A stretch of DNA of 64,000 nt from Deltaproteobacteria bacterium RBG_13_43_22 (lineage in GTDB: Bacteria > Desulfobacterota > RBG-13-43-22): NCBI GenBank assembly GCA_001797675.1, contig MGQB01000001.1, positions 50,347-114,346 of the forward strand. Reading direction: 5' to 3'. The notes beneath the pieces are model-generated. The model saw only the letters and a list, made by a program, of their open reading frames with translations. It did no database searches and was not told the DNA's origin. Shown piece after piece: positions 49,891 to 60,076 of the stretch. The first letter of the stretch is position 1. Every line of letters starts with the position of its first letter. Position numbers and translations under genes: made by a program.

Positions 49891-50082
49891 GTTTATTCGT
49901 AAGACTTTTGTTCAATTCACCGAAAGAAGGCCGTAAAGCAATTCTTTACGCCGGACAGAGCCGACGGGAAAAAAGGTTGTTCCGTCAATTTCACCATGAT
50001 CATACAGGAAACGCTATCAGCCAGGCCATGATTTGCAGCCAGTCCCACGTTGGTCTATTTCATAAGGACTAACCAACAATTT

Positions 50083-50973
50083 TTAAAGTTTTGGAATCCC
50101 TCCTTGCTTGCGGCGAGACCTGTCATAAAGTTCCGAGGCATTGAAAGAGCTTCTGACCAGGGGAGCCGAGGACACAGCGATGAATCCCATCTCCCTTCCC
50201 AGGCAGGCGTATTCCTCAAATTCATCCGGACGGATATACTGGAACAGCGGACGGTGTTGAGGTGAAGGCTGGAGGTATTGGCCGATGGTCAGGAGATCGC
50301 AACCGGCCTGCCTCAAATCTTTCATGGCTTCTAAGAGCTCCTCTTTGGTCTCCCCCAGACCGACCATGAACCCCGATTTGGTGATGATCCGCGAATCCAG
50401 TTCTTTTATTTTCCGGAAAAGCCCTAAGGAGCGCTGATAATCGGCCATAGGCCTTACTTCAGGGTAAAGTCGGCGGACCGTTTCCATATTGTGATTGATC
50501 ACCTCGGGGCGGGCATCCACCACCATCCTCAAGGCTTCTAGGGAGCCTTGAAAGTCCGGAATAAGCACCTCCACGTTGGCGGCCTTTTTCTCCTTCTTCA
50601 ACCGGGTCACGACTTTGGCAAAATGTGCAGCCCCGCCGTCCGGTAAGTCGTCCCTGGTGACCGAGGTAATGACCACATACCTGAGACCCATGTGGGCTGC
50701 CGCCTCGGCCAGGTGTGCCGGCTCATCCTCATCCACAGGAAGAGGGAAACCCTTCTTCACCGCACAGAAAGTGCAGTTTCTCGTACAGACATCGCCCAGG
50801 ATGAGGAAGGTAGCCGTTCTTTTGGAGAAACAATCACCCTGATTGGGACAGATGGCGCTTTCGCAGATCGTGTGGAGATGCAGATTCCCGATCAAACCTT
50901 CCATCTCAGTCATGATTTTGGAATCGGGGATTCTCTTTTTGAACCAGATCGGGAGTCTTTCTTTCACGGTCAC
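50083..50973 (-). CDS. lipA: Lipoyl synthase
   Basis: CESAICPNQGDC, CTRNCTFC, VRSS. Confidence 0.95.
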   Translation of the reverse strand: MTVKERLPIWFKKRIPDSKIMTEMEGLIGNLHLHTICESAICPNQGDCFSKRTATFLILGDVCTRNCTFCAVKKGFPLPVDEDEPAHLAEAAAHMGLRYVVITSVTRDDLPDGGAAHFAKVVTRLKKEKKAANVEVLIPDFQGSLEALRMVVDARPEVINHNMETVRRLYPEVRPMADYQRSLGLFRKIKELDSRIITKSGFMVGLGETKEELLEAMKDLRQAGCDLLTIGQYLQPSPQHRPLFQYIRPDEFEEYACLGREMGFIAVSSAPLVRSSFNASELYDRSRRKQGGIPKL

Positions 50974-51638
50974 AACCTCAATTGATCGACGGACCCTGGC
51001 TCCAAGGGCAACGAAAAGACCCGGGAAAAGTGGGCGATAAAACGAATAGTAACTTCCTCCATGGAGGGAGCACTCTCCCCGAGCTTGGCCATGGAAGTCA
51101 CTCCCCTTCCCACAATACCGCAGGGAGTAATAAGGGAAAAAGAATTAAGATCAGGATCGACATTAAGGGCCAGACCGTGCATGGTGATCCATTGGTGGAC
51201 AGCCACTCCAATAGCGCATACTTTGTCTTTGCCCACCCAGACCCCGACATGTTTCTGATCTTTTTCTCCGACAATGGAAAAGTCGGCCAGTGTTCCAATG
51301 ACCGCCTCCTGAAGATCATTGATATACCGATGGATATCTTTACCCCGTTTTCGCAGATCGACTATCGGATAAGCAACGAGCTGGCCCGGACCATGATAGG
51401 TAATGTCCCCCCCCCGATCGGTAAAATAGAGGGGAATCTTTTTATCTGCCAGTTCATCCCTCTCTATGAGAAGATTTTTCAGTTTTCCTGATTTACCCAA
51501 GGTCAAGGTGGGCTTATGTTCCAGCAGAAGCAAGATGTCATCCTCCTTCCCGGCCGTCTTCTCTGCCCAGAACCGCTTCTGGAGATCGTAGGCCTCCTCA
51601 TAATCGATCAAACCAAGCTTGTAAAACGTACACTTCAT
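50970..51638 (-). CDS. lipB: Octanoyltransferase
   Basis: LEH, DRGGDITYHGPGQ, HGLALN, PCG. Confidence 0.95.
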   Translation of the reverse strand: MKCTFYKLGLIDYEEAYDLQKRFWAEKTAGKEDDILLLLEHKPTLTLGKSGKLKNLLIERDELADKKIPLYFTDRGGDITYHGPGQLVAYPIVDLRKRGKDIHRYINDLQEAVIGTLADFSIVGEKDQKHVGVWVGKDKVCAIGVAVHQWITMHGLALNVDPDLNSFSLITPCGIVGRGVTSMAKLGESAPSMEEVTIRFIAHFSRVFSLPLEPGSVDQLRL

Positions 51639-51873
51639 TCTTTCACCTCTGGTTCGTTGGCAAGGAATGGGTGGTTACGCCAACCGTTTTTTGATCACCA
51701 ATGTCTGTTTCTGCTGTCCTGTTATAATCCGGGTTCCCCCAAGGGTTAAGCTTTCTTATAGGAAATAATTTTAATAAAATTTGGGTTCAAATACAATGGA
51801 CATTTCGGTTGTTCAATTCCGTCCTTTTGGCAATGGGGTCGGTCGTGAGAACCGGTTGTTCAAGTCCTGAACA

Positions 51874-52030
51874 TGGACAGCAAGCATATTCCCCGCCACG
51901 CCAACGGCGTGACTGCGTGGGTCAGCGAGCGAACTACAATAATAGACATTTTCCTTACATGGAATCCCGCTATGGCGGGACTGCACCGACTCGACTGAGC
52001 TCACCGAAGTCTTGGTGCAGGGAGCTTCCA
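51874..52030 (+). mobile_element. Structured dispersed repeat copy 3
   Basis: Same blocks; ends GGTGCAGGGAGCTTCCA. Confidence 0.6.
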
Positions 52031-52210
52031 TTAACTGCGAGTCCACTTAAAAAAGTTGGGGAAAGGGATCTTCCGGCAATGTGTTGAAGGGAGCCTGATG
52101 GAAGAATCGAAGCGGTTTATTGAGTGTGGTCCGGGACGATGTGTCTGGTGATTCGGTGGTGAATAAGGAATTAAAGGAATTCTTACCAAATTATAAATCT
52201 ATATTTCGTG

Positions 52211-54058
52211 TTAAAGACGAATCATCTCCGGCTTCAAAAGATCGCTAACTTGTTGATATGCCTTGCGATAGGCCCGGCGGATTTTATTCGTGTTAGTGGA
52301 AAATAACAGGCCGAAGCGCACGCAGGAACGATACAGAGATTCTCCTTTGAGATCAATGGGCAGTTTGATGGGGGTAATGCCTTCCGGAAGTTTTTCCTTG
52401 ATCCCATTGATAAGCTGTTCCCAGGCCGGGGAAAGACGTTTCTTTTCCTCCTGAAGATAATTAAGAAAAGGCACAACCACCAAGTCCACCTTCTCCTTTA
52501 AAGGCTGTAAAAACTCCGGGCGGTCATTACCCTGGATGACCTCAACCCCCAGGCGGGTCAGAAAGCTGGCGATAAACTTTTGATAAGCTTCAGTGGCATT
52601 TCCTGGGATAAGGGCCACCTTTCGAACACCCCGGAATTGCCAGACAGGGCCGAATTGTTTCTGTACCTGGTCCAGAAAATTTTCCGACAGCCATCGTCGA
52701 TGATTGTCCATTCGGTCCTTGGCCCTTTTAAGCAGCCTTCTTCCGTAATACCGAAGGTACCCATAATATATATCCAGTTTGATCAATCGTTTTAAAATAG
52801 CCCTCCAGGAATAAAAAGAGAGAAGGGCCTGGTATGCGGCTTTCTGCAATTCTTCTTCGGTCATCAGACGGGGCCGGTGGACTACATGAGATCCGTCATA
52901 AAGTTCCCAGTTCCGGGTCAGAAGGCGGTTTTCCTTCTCCAGGGATGCAAAGGTTTCCGTCCCGGGAAGAGGGGTCAGCATCATAAACTGGGCGGAGTCC
53001 ACCCGGTTTTTAATGGAAAAACGAATCGTCTCCCGAATGGTTTCCGGGGTGTCCTCGTCGGCTCCGACCATAAACATCCCGTGGATATGAATCCCATGGC
53101 GATGGAAGGCCGTTATGGCCCGGCTCATGGCCGCCTGATCCTGCTTTTTTCGATAGGCCTTCAGGACCTGATCACTGGCGCTTTCAAAACCGATATAAAC
53201 CCCCCAGCAGTTGGTTTCCTTTAAAAGTTCCAGGAATTCCGTATCAAAGGCCGATTCGGCTCGAACCTGTGTGCTCCACTCGGTGTGAAATTTTTCTTCT
53301 TTCATGCGCCTGAGAAGATCTTTGGCCCTGTTGGGATTGGCGGCAAAGTTATCATCACAGAAAAAAAGATGGGCGGCCTGGCCGGCATTGGACCGGACCT
53401 CTTCCATGATCAGATCATTGGACCGGAATCGATACCCCCGGCCGAACATAGTAACCACTGAACAGAATTTACAGGCAAAAGGACAGCCTCTGGAAGTGGC
53501 CACCGGGACCACCGCTTGCCGGGGATTCCAGCCTTTAATCAAGGAAAAATCCGGAATAGGCAGAATATTCAGATTCTCAATTAAGGGGCGGTCGGGATTA
53601 TGCTTTGGCCGGCCGTCTTCCCAATAGGACAAACCGGTAATCCTTTCCACAGAACTTTGCCCACGAAGAGCATTTATTAATTCGATCAGGGTTTCTTCTC
53701 CTTCCCCTCGAACCACGAATTCACCATGAGGCAGGGCTTCTTCCGGCAAAAAGGTTACATGGGGACCGCCGAAAACAACCCTTTTCCCAAGTTCTTTAGC
53801 CCGATCCCCCAAGTGAAAGGCCCGGGGAATGGTACTGGTGATCGAAGAAATACCAACCATATCGGCCCAGCGTAAATCGTCTTCGGTCACCGATCCGGAG
53901 GTCTCTTCGACTATGATCCTGGCCTCATAACCCTGGTCCCTGAGCATGGTACCCAGGAGGATAGTGCCGAGGCGGGGAATCCTGGCCCGGCTGAATACAT
54001 GCTCGGCCGGAGAACGGGGTTCTATCAAAATAATGCGCTGGGGGACTTTTGATTTCAT
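52211..54058 (-). CDS. Cobalamin-binding radical SAM protein with extra C-terminal domain
   Basis: VGIS, GGPHVT, GEGE, TSRGCPFACKFC, DDNF, TPLPGT. Confidence 0.88.
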   Translation of the reverse strand: MKSKVPQRIILIEPRSPAEHVFSRARIPRLGTILLGTMLRDQGYEARIIVEETSGSVTEDDLRWADMVGISSITSTIPRAFHLGDRAKELGKRVVFGGPHVTFLPEEALPHGEFVVRGEGEETLIELINALRGQSSVERITGLSYWEDGRPKHNPDRPLIENLNILPIPDFSLIKGWNPRQAVVPVATSRGCPFACKFCSVVTMFGRGYRFRSNDLIMEEVRSNAGQAAHLFFCDDNFAANPNRAKDLLRRMKEEKFHTEWSTQVRAESAFDTEFLELLKETNCWGVYIGFESASDQVLKAYRKKQDQAAMSRAITAFHRHGIHIHGMFMVGADEDTPETIRETIRFSIKNRVDSAQFMMLTPLPGTETFASLEKENRLLTRNWELYDGSHVVHRPRLMTEEELQKAAYQALLSFYSWRAILKRLIKLDIYYGYLRYYGRRLLKRAKDRMDNHRRWLSENFLDQVQKQFGPVWQFRGVRKVALIPGNATEAYQKFIASFLTRLGVEVIQGNDRPEFLQPLKEKVDLVVVPFLNYLQEEKKRLSPAWEQLINGIKEKLPEGITPIKLPIDLKGESLYRSCVRFGLLFSTNTNKIRRAYRKAYQQVSDLLKPEMIRL

Positions 54059-54327
54059 TGCGGTCTTTCACCCTTCTAATTTAATGAATTCGCAAAAAGT
54101 GCTTCAGTCTGCTAATGTGAGGATTCCGCAGAGGTGGACAAGTAATGACCTTGTTGGGAACTTGGTACGAGACCATCTTGTGTTCTTTTGATTAGCAATT
54201 AATTAGGAATAATACTCGCCATCCAAGATAAAGTAAAGAGAAAAAGGGTTTAAAGCAGGTTATTGGCCATGGGCATTGGACTCTAAGGTTTTAAGATTTT
54301 CCCAATCCGTTTCTTTTCTTCTCTTGC

Positions 54328-55698
54328 CTATTGCCTGTTGCCTGTTTTTCTTTTAAGCAGATTGGCCGCAATCAACAAGGGATCCCAAACCGGACTGAAA
54401 GGAGGGGCATAGGCCAGGTCTAACCTGGAAATGGCCTCCAGGGTCATCCCCTGATGAAGGGCAACAGCCAGGACGTTGATCTTGCGGGCTTCTCCATCCC
54501 TTCCGATCCAATTGCCGCCAAGAAGTCGGCCTGATGATTGATCGGCCACGATCTTCAATAGAGTCGGACTGGCCCCCGGATAAACCCCCGCCCGGGAGGT
54601 GCCTTCCACAATCTGAGTTATTACCGGGAAACCCATTTTTTTGGCCTGAGCCTCATTAATCCCGGCCATACCGATTTCCAGGCCGAAAATCTTCACACAG
54701 GCTGCCCCAACGATCCCATGAAATTCAGAATGGCCTCCCATGGCGTTTTCGCCGGCCACCCTCCCCTCCTTATTGGCCACATCTCCCAAAGGGACCAGGG
54801 TTGGTTGTCCGGTCACCCGGTGAAGTTTCTCACAGCAATCGCCGGCGGCCCAGATATTGGGCTCACTGGTCTGCATCAGGGAGTTGACCTGAATCCCTCC
54901 GGATTTTCCAACGATAATCCCTGCTTCACGGGCTATCTCGGAGTTTGGGATTACTCCAACCCCGACGAAAAAAAGATCGGCAGAAAAAACCCCTTGATCG
55001 GTCACTAATTGTTGGGCTTTTTGCCCGTCCGTTTCGAAAAACCGGGGTTGAACTTCACCCAAATAACGCACCCCGCGGTCTTCCAATTCCTTGACAATAA
55101 TCGGCCCCAACTCCGGTTCCAACCCGCTGTAAGGAAATTTGCCCCGATAGAGGAGGGTGGTCTCGATCCCTCTATCCCGCAAGGCCTCGGCTACTTCCAG
55201 GGAAATATTACCGGCCCCGACAATCACCGCTTTTCGAGGATTATATCGGTCTATAAAATTTCGAATCCTTAGGCCGTCCGACATCTCTTTTAAAGTGAAG
55301 ATGTTCCGGGCCTCTTCTCCCGGGATACCAAGCTTTCGAGAACGGGCCCCGGTGGCCAGAATAAGTCTATCATAAGGAAGAAAAAATTTTCCCCCTGTAT
55401 CCGAAGAGAAGACCCGCACCCGGTTTTTTTCGGGATCTATAGCTAGGACCTGGTGCTTAAGCTTGATTGCTATCCCCTGCTTCTCCTGGAATTCTTCCGG
55501 GGTCCTGGCGATTAACTTATTATGATCCTTGATTACATCCCCGATGTAATAGGGAAGGTCTCAGGCCCCATAGGAGATAAACTCCCCCTTTTCCAACAGA
55601 GTGATACCGGCCTTCGGGTCTTTTCTTCGAGCCGTACTGGCCGCTGTCGGACCGGCTGCTGATCCCCCTATGATGACCAACTTGAGTTCATTGCCCAA
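54328..55698 (-). CDS. CoA-disulfide reductase / NADH oxidase family flavoprotein, selenocysteine at residue 46
   Basis: TTG 55698 with RBS GGGAGG; IIGGSAAG FAD motif; SYGA-U(TGA 55563-55561)-DLPY in frame with ORF 55419; LATGA, GAGNI, AAGD, DLAYAPPFS. Confidence 0.85.
55524..55563 (-). promoter_or_regulatory. Putative bacterial SECIS hairpin
   Basis: TGA followed by ATTACATC-GGG-GATGTAAT perfect 8-bp stem with G loop, plus a CCTT/AAGG lower stem. Confidence 0.65.
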
Positions 55699-55806
55699 AG
55701 TTTTACCCCTCCCTTTGTTCGAAAATAGGGTTTAAGATTTTTAACTTCAACGCCTTTCACTTGAATCCTTTTTCAGGCCGCTTGGTGCCCTTGGGCATAA
55801 GGATTT

Positions 55807-56712
55807 TTAAAACAATTGTGAAACAGGGACCAGGCGAACCTTATCTTGCAACTCAGGAATTTTTGCCTTTATAGCCCGCAAGGTCTGAGGATAGGGATGA
55901 CCGCAGGCCACGGCAAAGCCCCGTTCTTGAGCTAAACGAATCAGTCGCTCCAATTGCAGTATAATGGCCTCTTCATTTAAGTTGTTGTCTATGAAAATAT
56001 CCCGTTGAACAGCCTTAACCCCCAATTGGGACGCCACAAAAAGGATGACGGTTTGGGGGGTAGTCCTACTGTCAAGAAAAAACAGCTTTCTTTCCTTGAT
56101 CATCCTTAACACAAGGGCTATTTTATCCCGGTCCTCGGTAAAACGGGACCCCATGTGATTATTAACCCCGGACACCTGGGGGAAGGCATCAAGGTCATTT
56201 TTTAAAATATTCAGAATTTCTTCATCTGACATATGGGTCAAAAGGGTCTTTGGTCCGGGATTGATTTGTGGAAAACCATTGGGTTCCATAGGCAGGTGGA
56301 GCAGGGTTTCTTTTCCCTTTTGAAAGGCCTGTTGGACCATTTCCTTGGAAAAGGGGGCCTGGGGCAAAAAAGATAAGGTCAGTGGAAACTCTAACTCAAT
56401 GAAATCCAAGGTCAACTGCTTTTGGTAACCCAGATCATCGATCACAATGGCAACCCTAGGAAGACCATTGGTCTCCGGATGAATACGCCTGGTGAAGCGT
56501 TCCGGTTTAATGGGGGGACTTATTTCTTGATGATTTTTTTCTTCATAAAGAGGAGGCTTCGGAGTCGGCTTTCTTTTTTCCGGTTTCCAGGACCACCCGA
56601 TATAGACTGCCCCGAAGGCCAGAGCCAACCCCACCACCCATATCCAAATAACCACCCCACAGCCCCCTTTTTTTTCTGGGGTAGGATACTGCGAGGATCT
56701 CCGTCCGGACAC
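55807..56712 (-). CDS. Divergent polysaccharide deacetylase (YibQ-like)
   Basis: IVIDDLG, HLPMEP, NNHMGS, FLDSRT, RDIFID, GHP. Confidence 0.9.
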   Translation of the reverse strand: MSGRRSSQYPTPEKKGGCGVVIWIWVVGLALAFGAVYIGWSWKPEKRKPTPKPPLYEEKNHQEISPPIKPERFTRRIHPETNGLPRVAIVIDDLGYQKQLTLDFIELEFPLTLSFLPQAPFSKEMVQQAFQKGKETLLHLPMEPNGFPQINPGPKTLLTHMSDEEILNILKNDLDAFPQVSGVNNHMGSRFTEDRDKIALVLRMIKERKLFFLDSRTTPQTVILFVASQLGVKAVQRDIFIDNNLNEEAIILQLERLIRLAQERGFAVACGHPYPQTLRAIKAKIPELQDKVRLVPVSQLF

Positions 56713-56720
56713 CAGAAACC

Positions 56721-58058
56721 TTATGGGTTTGTGTTTTTGAAGACCTGGGAGAAGACACTCCAGCTTTTTAATAGCTGTAGGGCGCTGGCCAATTGAGGAT
56801 CATCTCCACGTTCTTCGGCAAACTGTTTCCCGTTAATCGACTGGGATTCAGGACCCGGTTCTTTCCCCTTTTCTTCGTCTTCCATGTGCCGTTCCAGATC
56901 TTTCTCACGAAGAGCTTTAGGTTCCCGTTCCGGGGAGTCACCTTTTCTCAAGACTTTACCTTTAATGAGGATGTCGGGTGTTATCCCTTTGGCCTGGATG
57001 GAACGGCCACTGGGGGTGAAATAGCGGGCAGTAGTTAATTTAATACCGGAGTTGTCCTCCAGGGGGATAATGGTCTGGACCGATCCTTTCCCAAAAGTGG
57101 GGGTGCCTAATATAATTGCCCTTTTTTGATCCTGCAGGGCCCCGGCCACGATTTCCGAGGCGCTGGCACTCCCCTCATTGACCAGGACCACCAATGGATA
57201 GCTACGAGGAATCTTGTTGGAATGAGCGTTGAATTTATGATTCTGTTCCTTGGTCCGTCCCTGGATAGAGACAATCAGACCCGATTCTAAAAATTCATCG
57301 GCGACTTTGACCGCTTCATTCAATAATCCGCCCGGATCATTTCGAAGGTCAATAACCAGTCCTTTCAAACCATTTTTGCCGGTTGACTCTAATTTTTTTA
57401 GGGCAACCTGAAAGTCTTCACTGGTTTTTTCTTGAAAGGTGCTGATCCGGACGTAGCCGTAGCCTTCTTCGAGCATCTTTGATTTGACGCTTTTGAGCGG
57501 GATGACTTCACGGACGATGGTATATTTTTGAGGTTCCTTGATCCCTTCATGGAGAATAAGTAAGATGACCTTAGTCCCTTTCTGACCCCGGATCAATCGG
57601 ACGGCATCGTTCAACGTCATGTTTTTGGTGTTTTTTTCACCAATTTGCAGGATTTTATCTCCAGGGAGCAGTCCGGCTTTATCGGCTGGGGTTCCTTCGA
57701 TTGGAGAGACTACGGTTAACATCCCATCCTTTAAGGTGATTTCGATCCCGATCCCGCTGAATATTCCTGAGGTTTCGATTTCCAATTCCTTGAATTCTTC
57801 GGGGGAGAGAAAAGTGGAATGAGGATCCAGGGTATTCATCATCCCCCGGATGGCCCCATAGATTAGATCTTTGGAGTCTTTCTCTTCCACATATTTTTTC
57901 TGAATTTCATTCAGGGCCTCACTAAAGATCTTGATCTTAGGGAAGGTCTTCTCCATATCGGCGGCATTGATACCCTCCTTGGGGTTATCCACCAAAAAGA
58001 AAAAAGCCATCACCAAAACGAATAGCCCTAAATATTTGACTTTACAGGTTCCTTTCAT
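56721..58058 (-). CDS. ctpA: Carboxyl-terminal processing protease (S41)
   Basis: LDPHS, PDZ GIGI, DLRNDPGG, SASASEI, FGKGSVQ. Confidence 0.92.
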   Translation of the reverse strand: MKGTCKVKYLGLFVLVMAFFFLVDNPKEGINAADMEKTFPKIKIFSEALNEIQKKYVEEKDSKDLIYGAIRGMMNTLDPHSTFLSPEEFKELEIETSGIFSGIGIEITLKDGMLTVVSPIEGTPADKAGLLPGDKILQIGEKNTKNMTLNDAVRLIRGQKGTKVILLILHEGIKEPQKYTIVREVIPLKSVKSKMLEEGYGYVRISTFQEKTSEDFQVALKKLESTGKNGLKGLVIDLRNDPGGLLNEAVKVADEFLESGLIVSIQGRTKEQNHKFNAHSNKIPRSYPLVVLVNEGSASASEIVAGALQDQKRAIILGTPTFGKGSVQTIIPLEDNSGIKLTTARYFTPSGRSIQAKGITPDILIKGKVLRKGDSPEREPKALREKDLERHMEDEEKGKEPGPESQSINGKQFAEERGDDPQLASALQLLKSWSVFSQVFKNTNP

Positions 58059-58663
58059 TGTTCCCCCAATAAATAATGATTAACTACCCATGCCCATTGG
58101 GCAAATGATGTATGAAAAAGGATTCATTTTCATAATTCGTGAAGCGCGCTGCACCCGGGAAGGTAAGTTTAATTTCTTGTTCCTTTTATTGCTTTTCTCA
58201 TCAAATAATCATTATAGTCCGTTCCCTATTAAGTCAAGTTATTTCTGTCATTTTTCCCATAAAAGGAGGATAAAAATTGAACTTTCAGTTGACTTTTTAA
58301 CTTTTAATATTTCTTTCGGGACAGGTCGTCCATTTATCAACCTCTTCCCTTTAAATTCGACTCCAATTCATCTAATCTCCTTCATTCACATTCACCAACC
58401 CCCAGGTTACTCCCCCGCATCCACCTATTTTTTCCTTGACTCTTATTTCCGCCCTATTTTATACTCGGCCATCCAAAACAAGTTCTTTTTAAGCATCTGT
58501 TTTTTAGTTTGACAATCCTTCCATTTTTATTTGGAAGACAAAGTTGTTAACTTTAACGACCGAAAGCTTATGGACCCGAGCCTCCCAGACTCGCATAATT
58601 TAACTTGTAGTAAAATTGAAGGATTAAATCAATTCATTCCCTCTCAGGGTAAGTCGGACAGAT

Positions 58664-60025
58664 ATGAACGAACGGGGATACCAACTGCTACAGGAAACTA
58701 TCGAACGGCTGCTGCGCCGCAATGCCTATTTGCATCTAAACAAGGTCCTCAAGAAAACACATCCGGCCGATATTGCCCATCTTTTGACCCTGCTTAACGA
58801 ACGTTCCGCCCGTAACGTCTTCGAACACCTGCCTGAAAAAGAAATAGCGGCCAATGTCCTATCGGAATTGGAACCAGTATTTCGTAGCGGTTTTCTTCAG
58901 GAACTGGAAGTCAACCGTCTGGTTGAAATCCTCTCCGTCATGGCCGATGACGACACGGCCGATCTCCTGGCCGACCTGCCTGAAGAACGCCGCCAGGAAA
59001 TCCTGGGACTCCTTTCAGCCGAACACACCGAAGATGTATCCGAACTGCTGGCTTATCCGGAAGGCACAGCCGGCCGGATTATGACCACAGATTTTCTGGT
59101 TCTCCCCAAAACCCTGAGCGCTCAGAATGCAATCCAGGAAGTTCGTAAGGCTGCAGAAAAAGAGATGGTCTTTTACCTATACGTGACCGATGAAGAAGGC
59201 CGCCTTTCCGGTGTGCTCTCCCTGCGCCAACTCGTCACCGCACCGGATTATACGCCGCTGGAAAAAATTATGACCCAGGATGTTGTAAAGGTAAACGTGA
59301 CCACCGATCAGGAGGAGGTGGCCCGCATGGTCTCCCGTTACAATCTCCTGGCAATCCCGGTAGTTGACCACAGCAACCTCCTGGTCGGAATCATCACCGT
59401 AGATGATGTGATCGACGTAATCCGGGAAGAAGCCGCTGAGGATATGCTCAAAATGGCCGGCACCTCAGGGGAGGAAATCAACTACTACTCCTCTGTCTGG
59501 AAAAACGCCAAAGCACGCCTACCCTGGTTATTTGCCTCTTGGATCGGGGGAATCATTGCCATGAATGTCATTGGGGCCTTCAGTTCAGGATTCAGCAACC
59601 GGATCGCCGTATTTGCCATCCTGGCCACTTTTATCCCCGTCGTTAATGGTATGGGGGGAAACGTTGGAACTCAGAGTCTATCGATCATCGTTCGTGGTCT
59701 GGCAACCGGGCGGGTGGATAGCAAGTCGATCTGGAGGGAAATTTTCAGGGAATCAAGAGTCGGCCTGCTGCTGGGGGTTACCTATGGTATTCTACTGGCA
59801 CTGGCCGGTATTGTATTCACCCGGGAAGGTTATGTGGGGGTGGTGGCCGGGATCGCTATGTGTGTCAACATGATCCTGGCCTCGGTGTTGGGTACCTTCC
59901 TCCCTTTGATTGCCGCCAAATTCAAGATCGACCCGGCCGTGGCCTCCGGCCCTTTCATCGCAACCAGTATTGATGTAGTCGGTGCCACGATTTTTTTCCT
60001 CATCGCTTATGTGTTGTTAGTTTAA
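58664..60025 (+). CDS. mgtE: Magnesium transporter
   Basis: HPADIA, TAGRIMT, CBS pair, RLPWL, GGNVGTQ, DPAVASGPFI. Confidence 0.95.
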   Translation: MNERGYQLLQETIERLLRRNAYLHLNKVLKKTHPADIAHLLTLLNERSARNVFEHLPEKEIAANVLSELEPVFRSGFLQELEVNRLVEILSVMADDDTADLLADLPEERRQEILGLLSAEHTEDVSELLAYPEGTAGRIMTTDFLVLPKTLSAQNAIQEVRKAAEKEMVFYLYVTDEEGRLSGVLSLRQLVTAPDYTPLEKIMTQDVVKVNVTTDQEEVARMVSRYNLLAIPVVDHSNLLVGIITVDDVIDVIREEAAEDMLKMAGTSGEEINYYSSVWKNAKARLPWLFASWIGGIIAMNVIGAFSSGFSNRIAVFAILATFIPVVNGMGGNVGTQSLSIIVRGLATGRVDSKSIWREIFRESRVGLLLGVTYGILLALAGIVFTREGYVGVVAGIAMCVNMILASVLGTFLPLIAAKFKIDPAVASGPFIATSIDVVGATIFFLIAYVLLV

Positions 60026-60076
60026 CTACTCATATATAGGCCTAAAATAATATATCGATCCCCTTTTTCTCCTCCG

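Noticed and set aside
58090-58660. 140-aa ORF and a possible Mg riboswitch upstream of mgtE
   Set aside because: Low-complexity AT-rich divergent promoter region; no M-box consensus recognised
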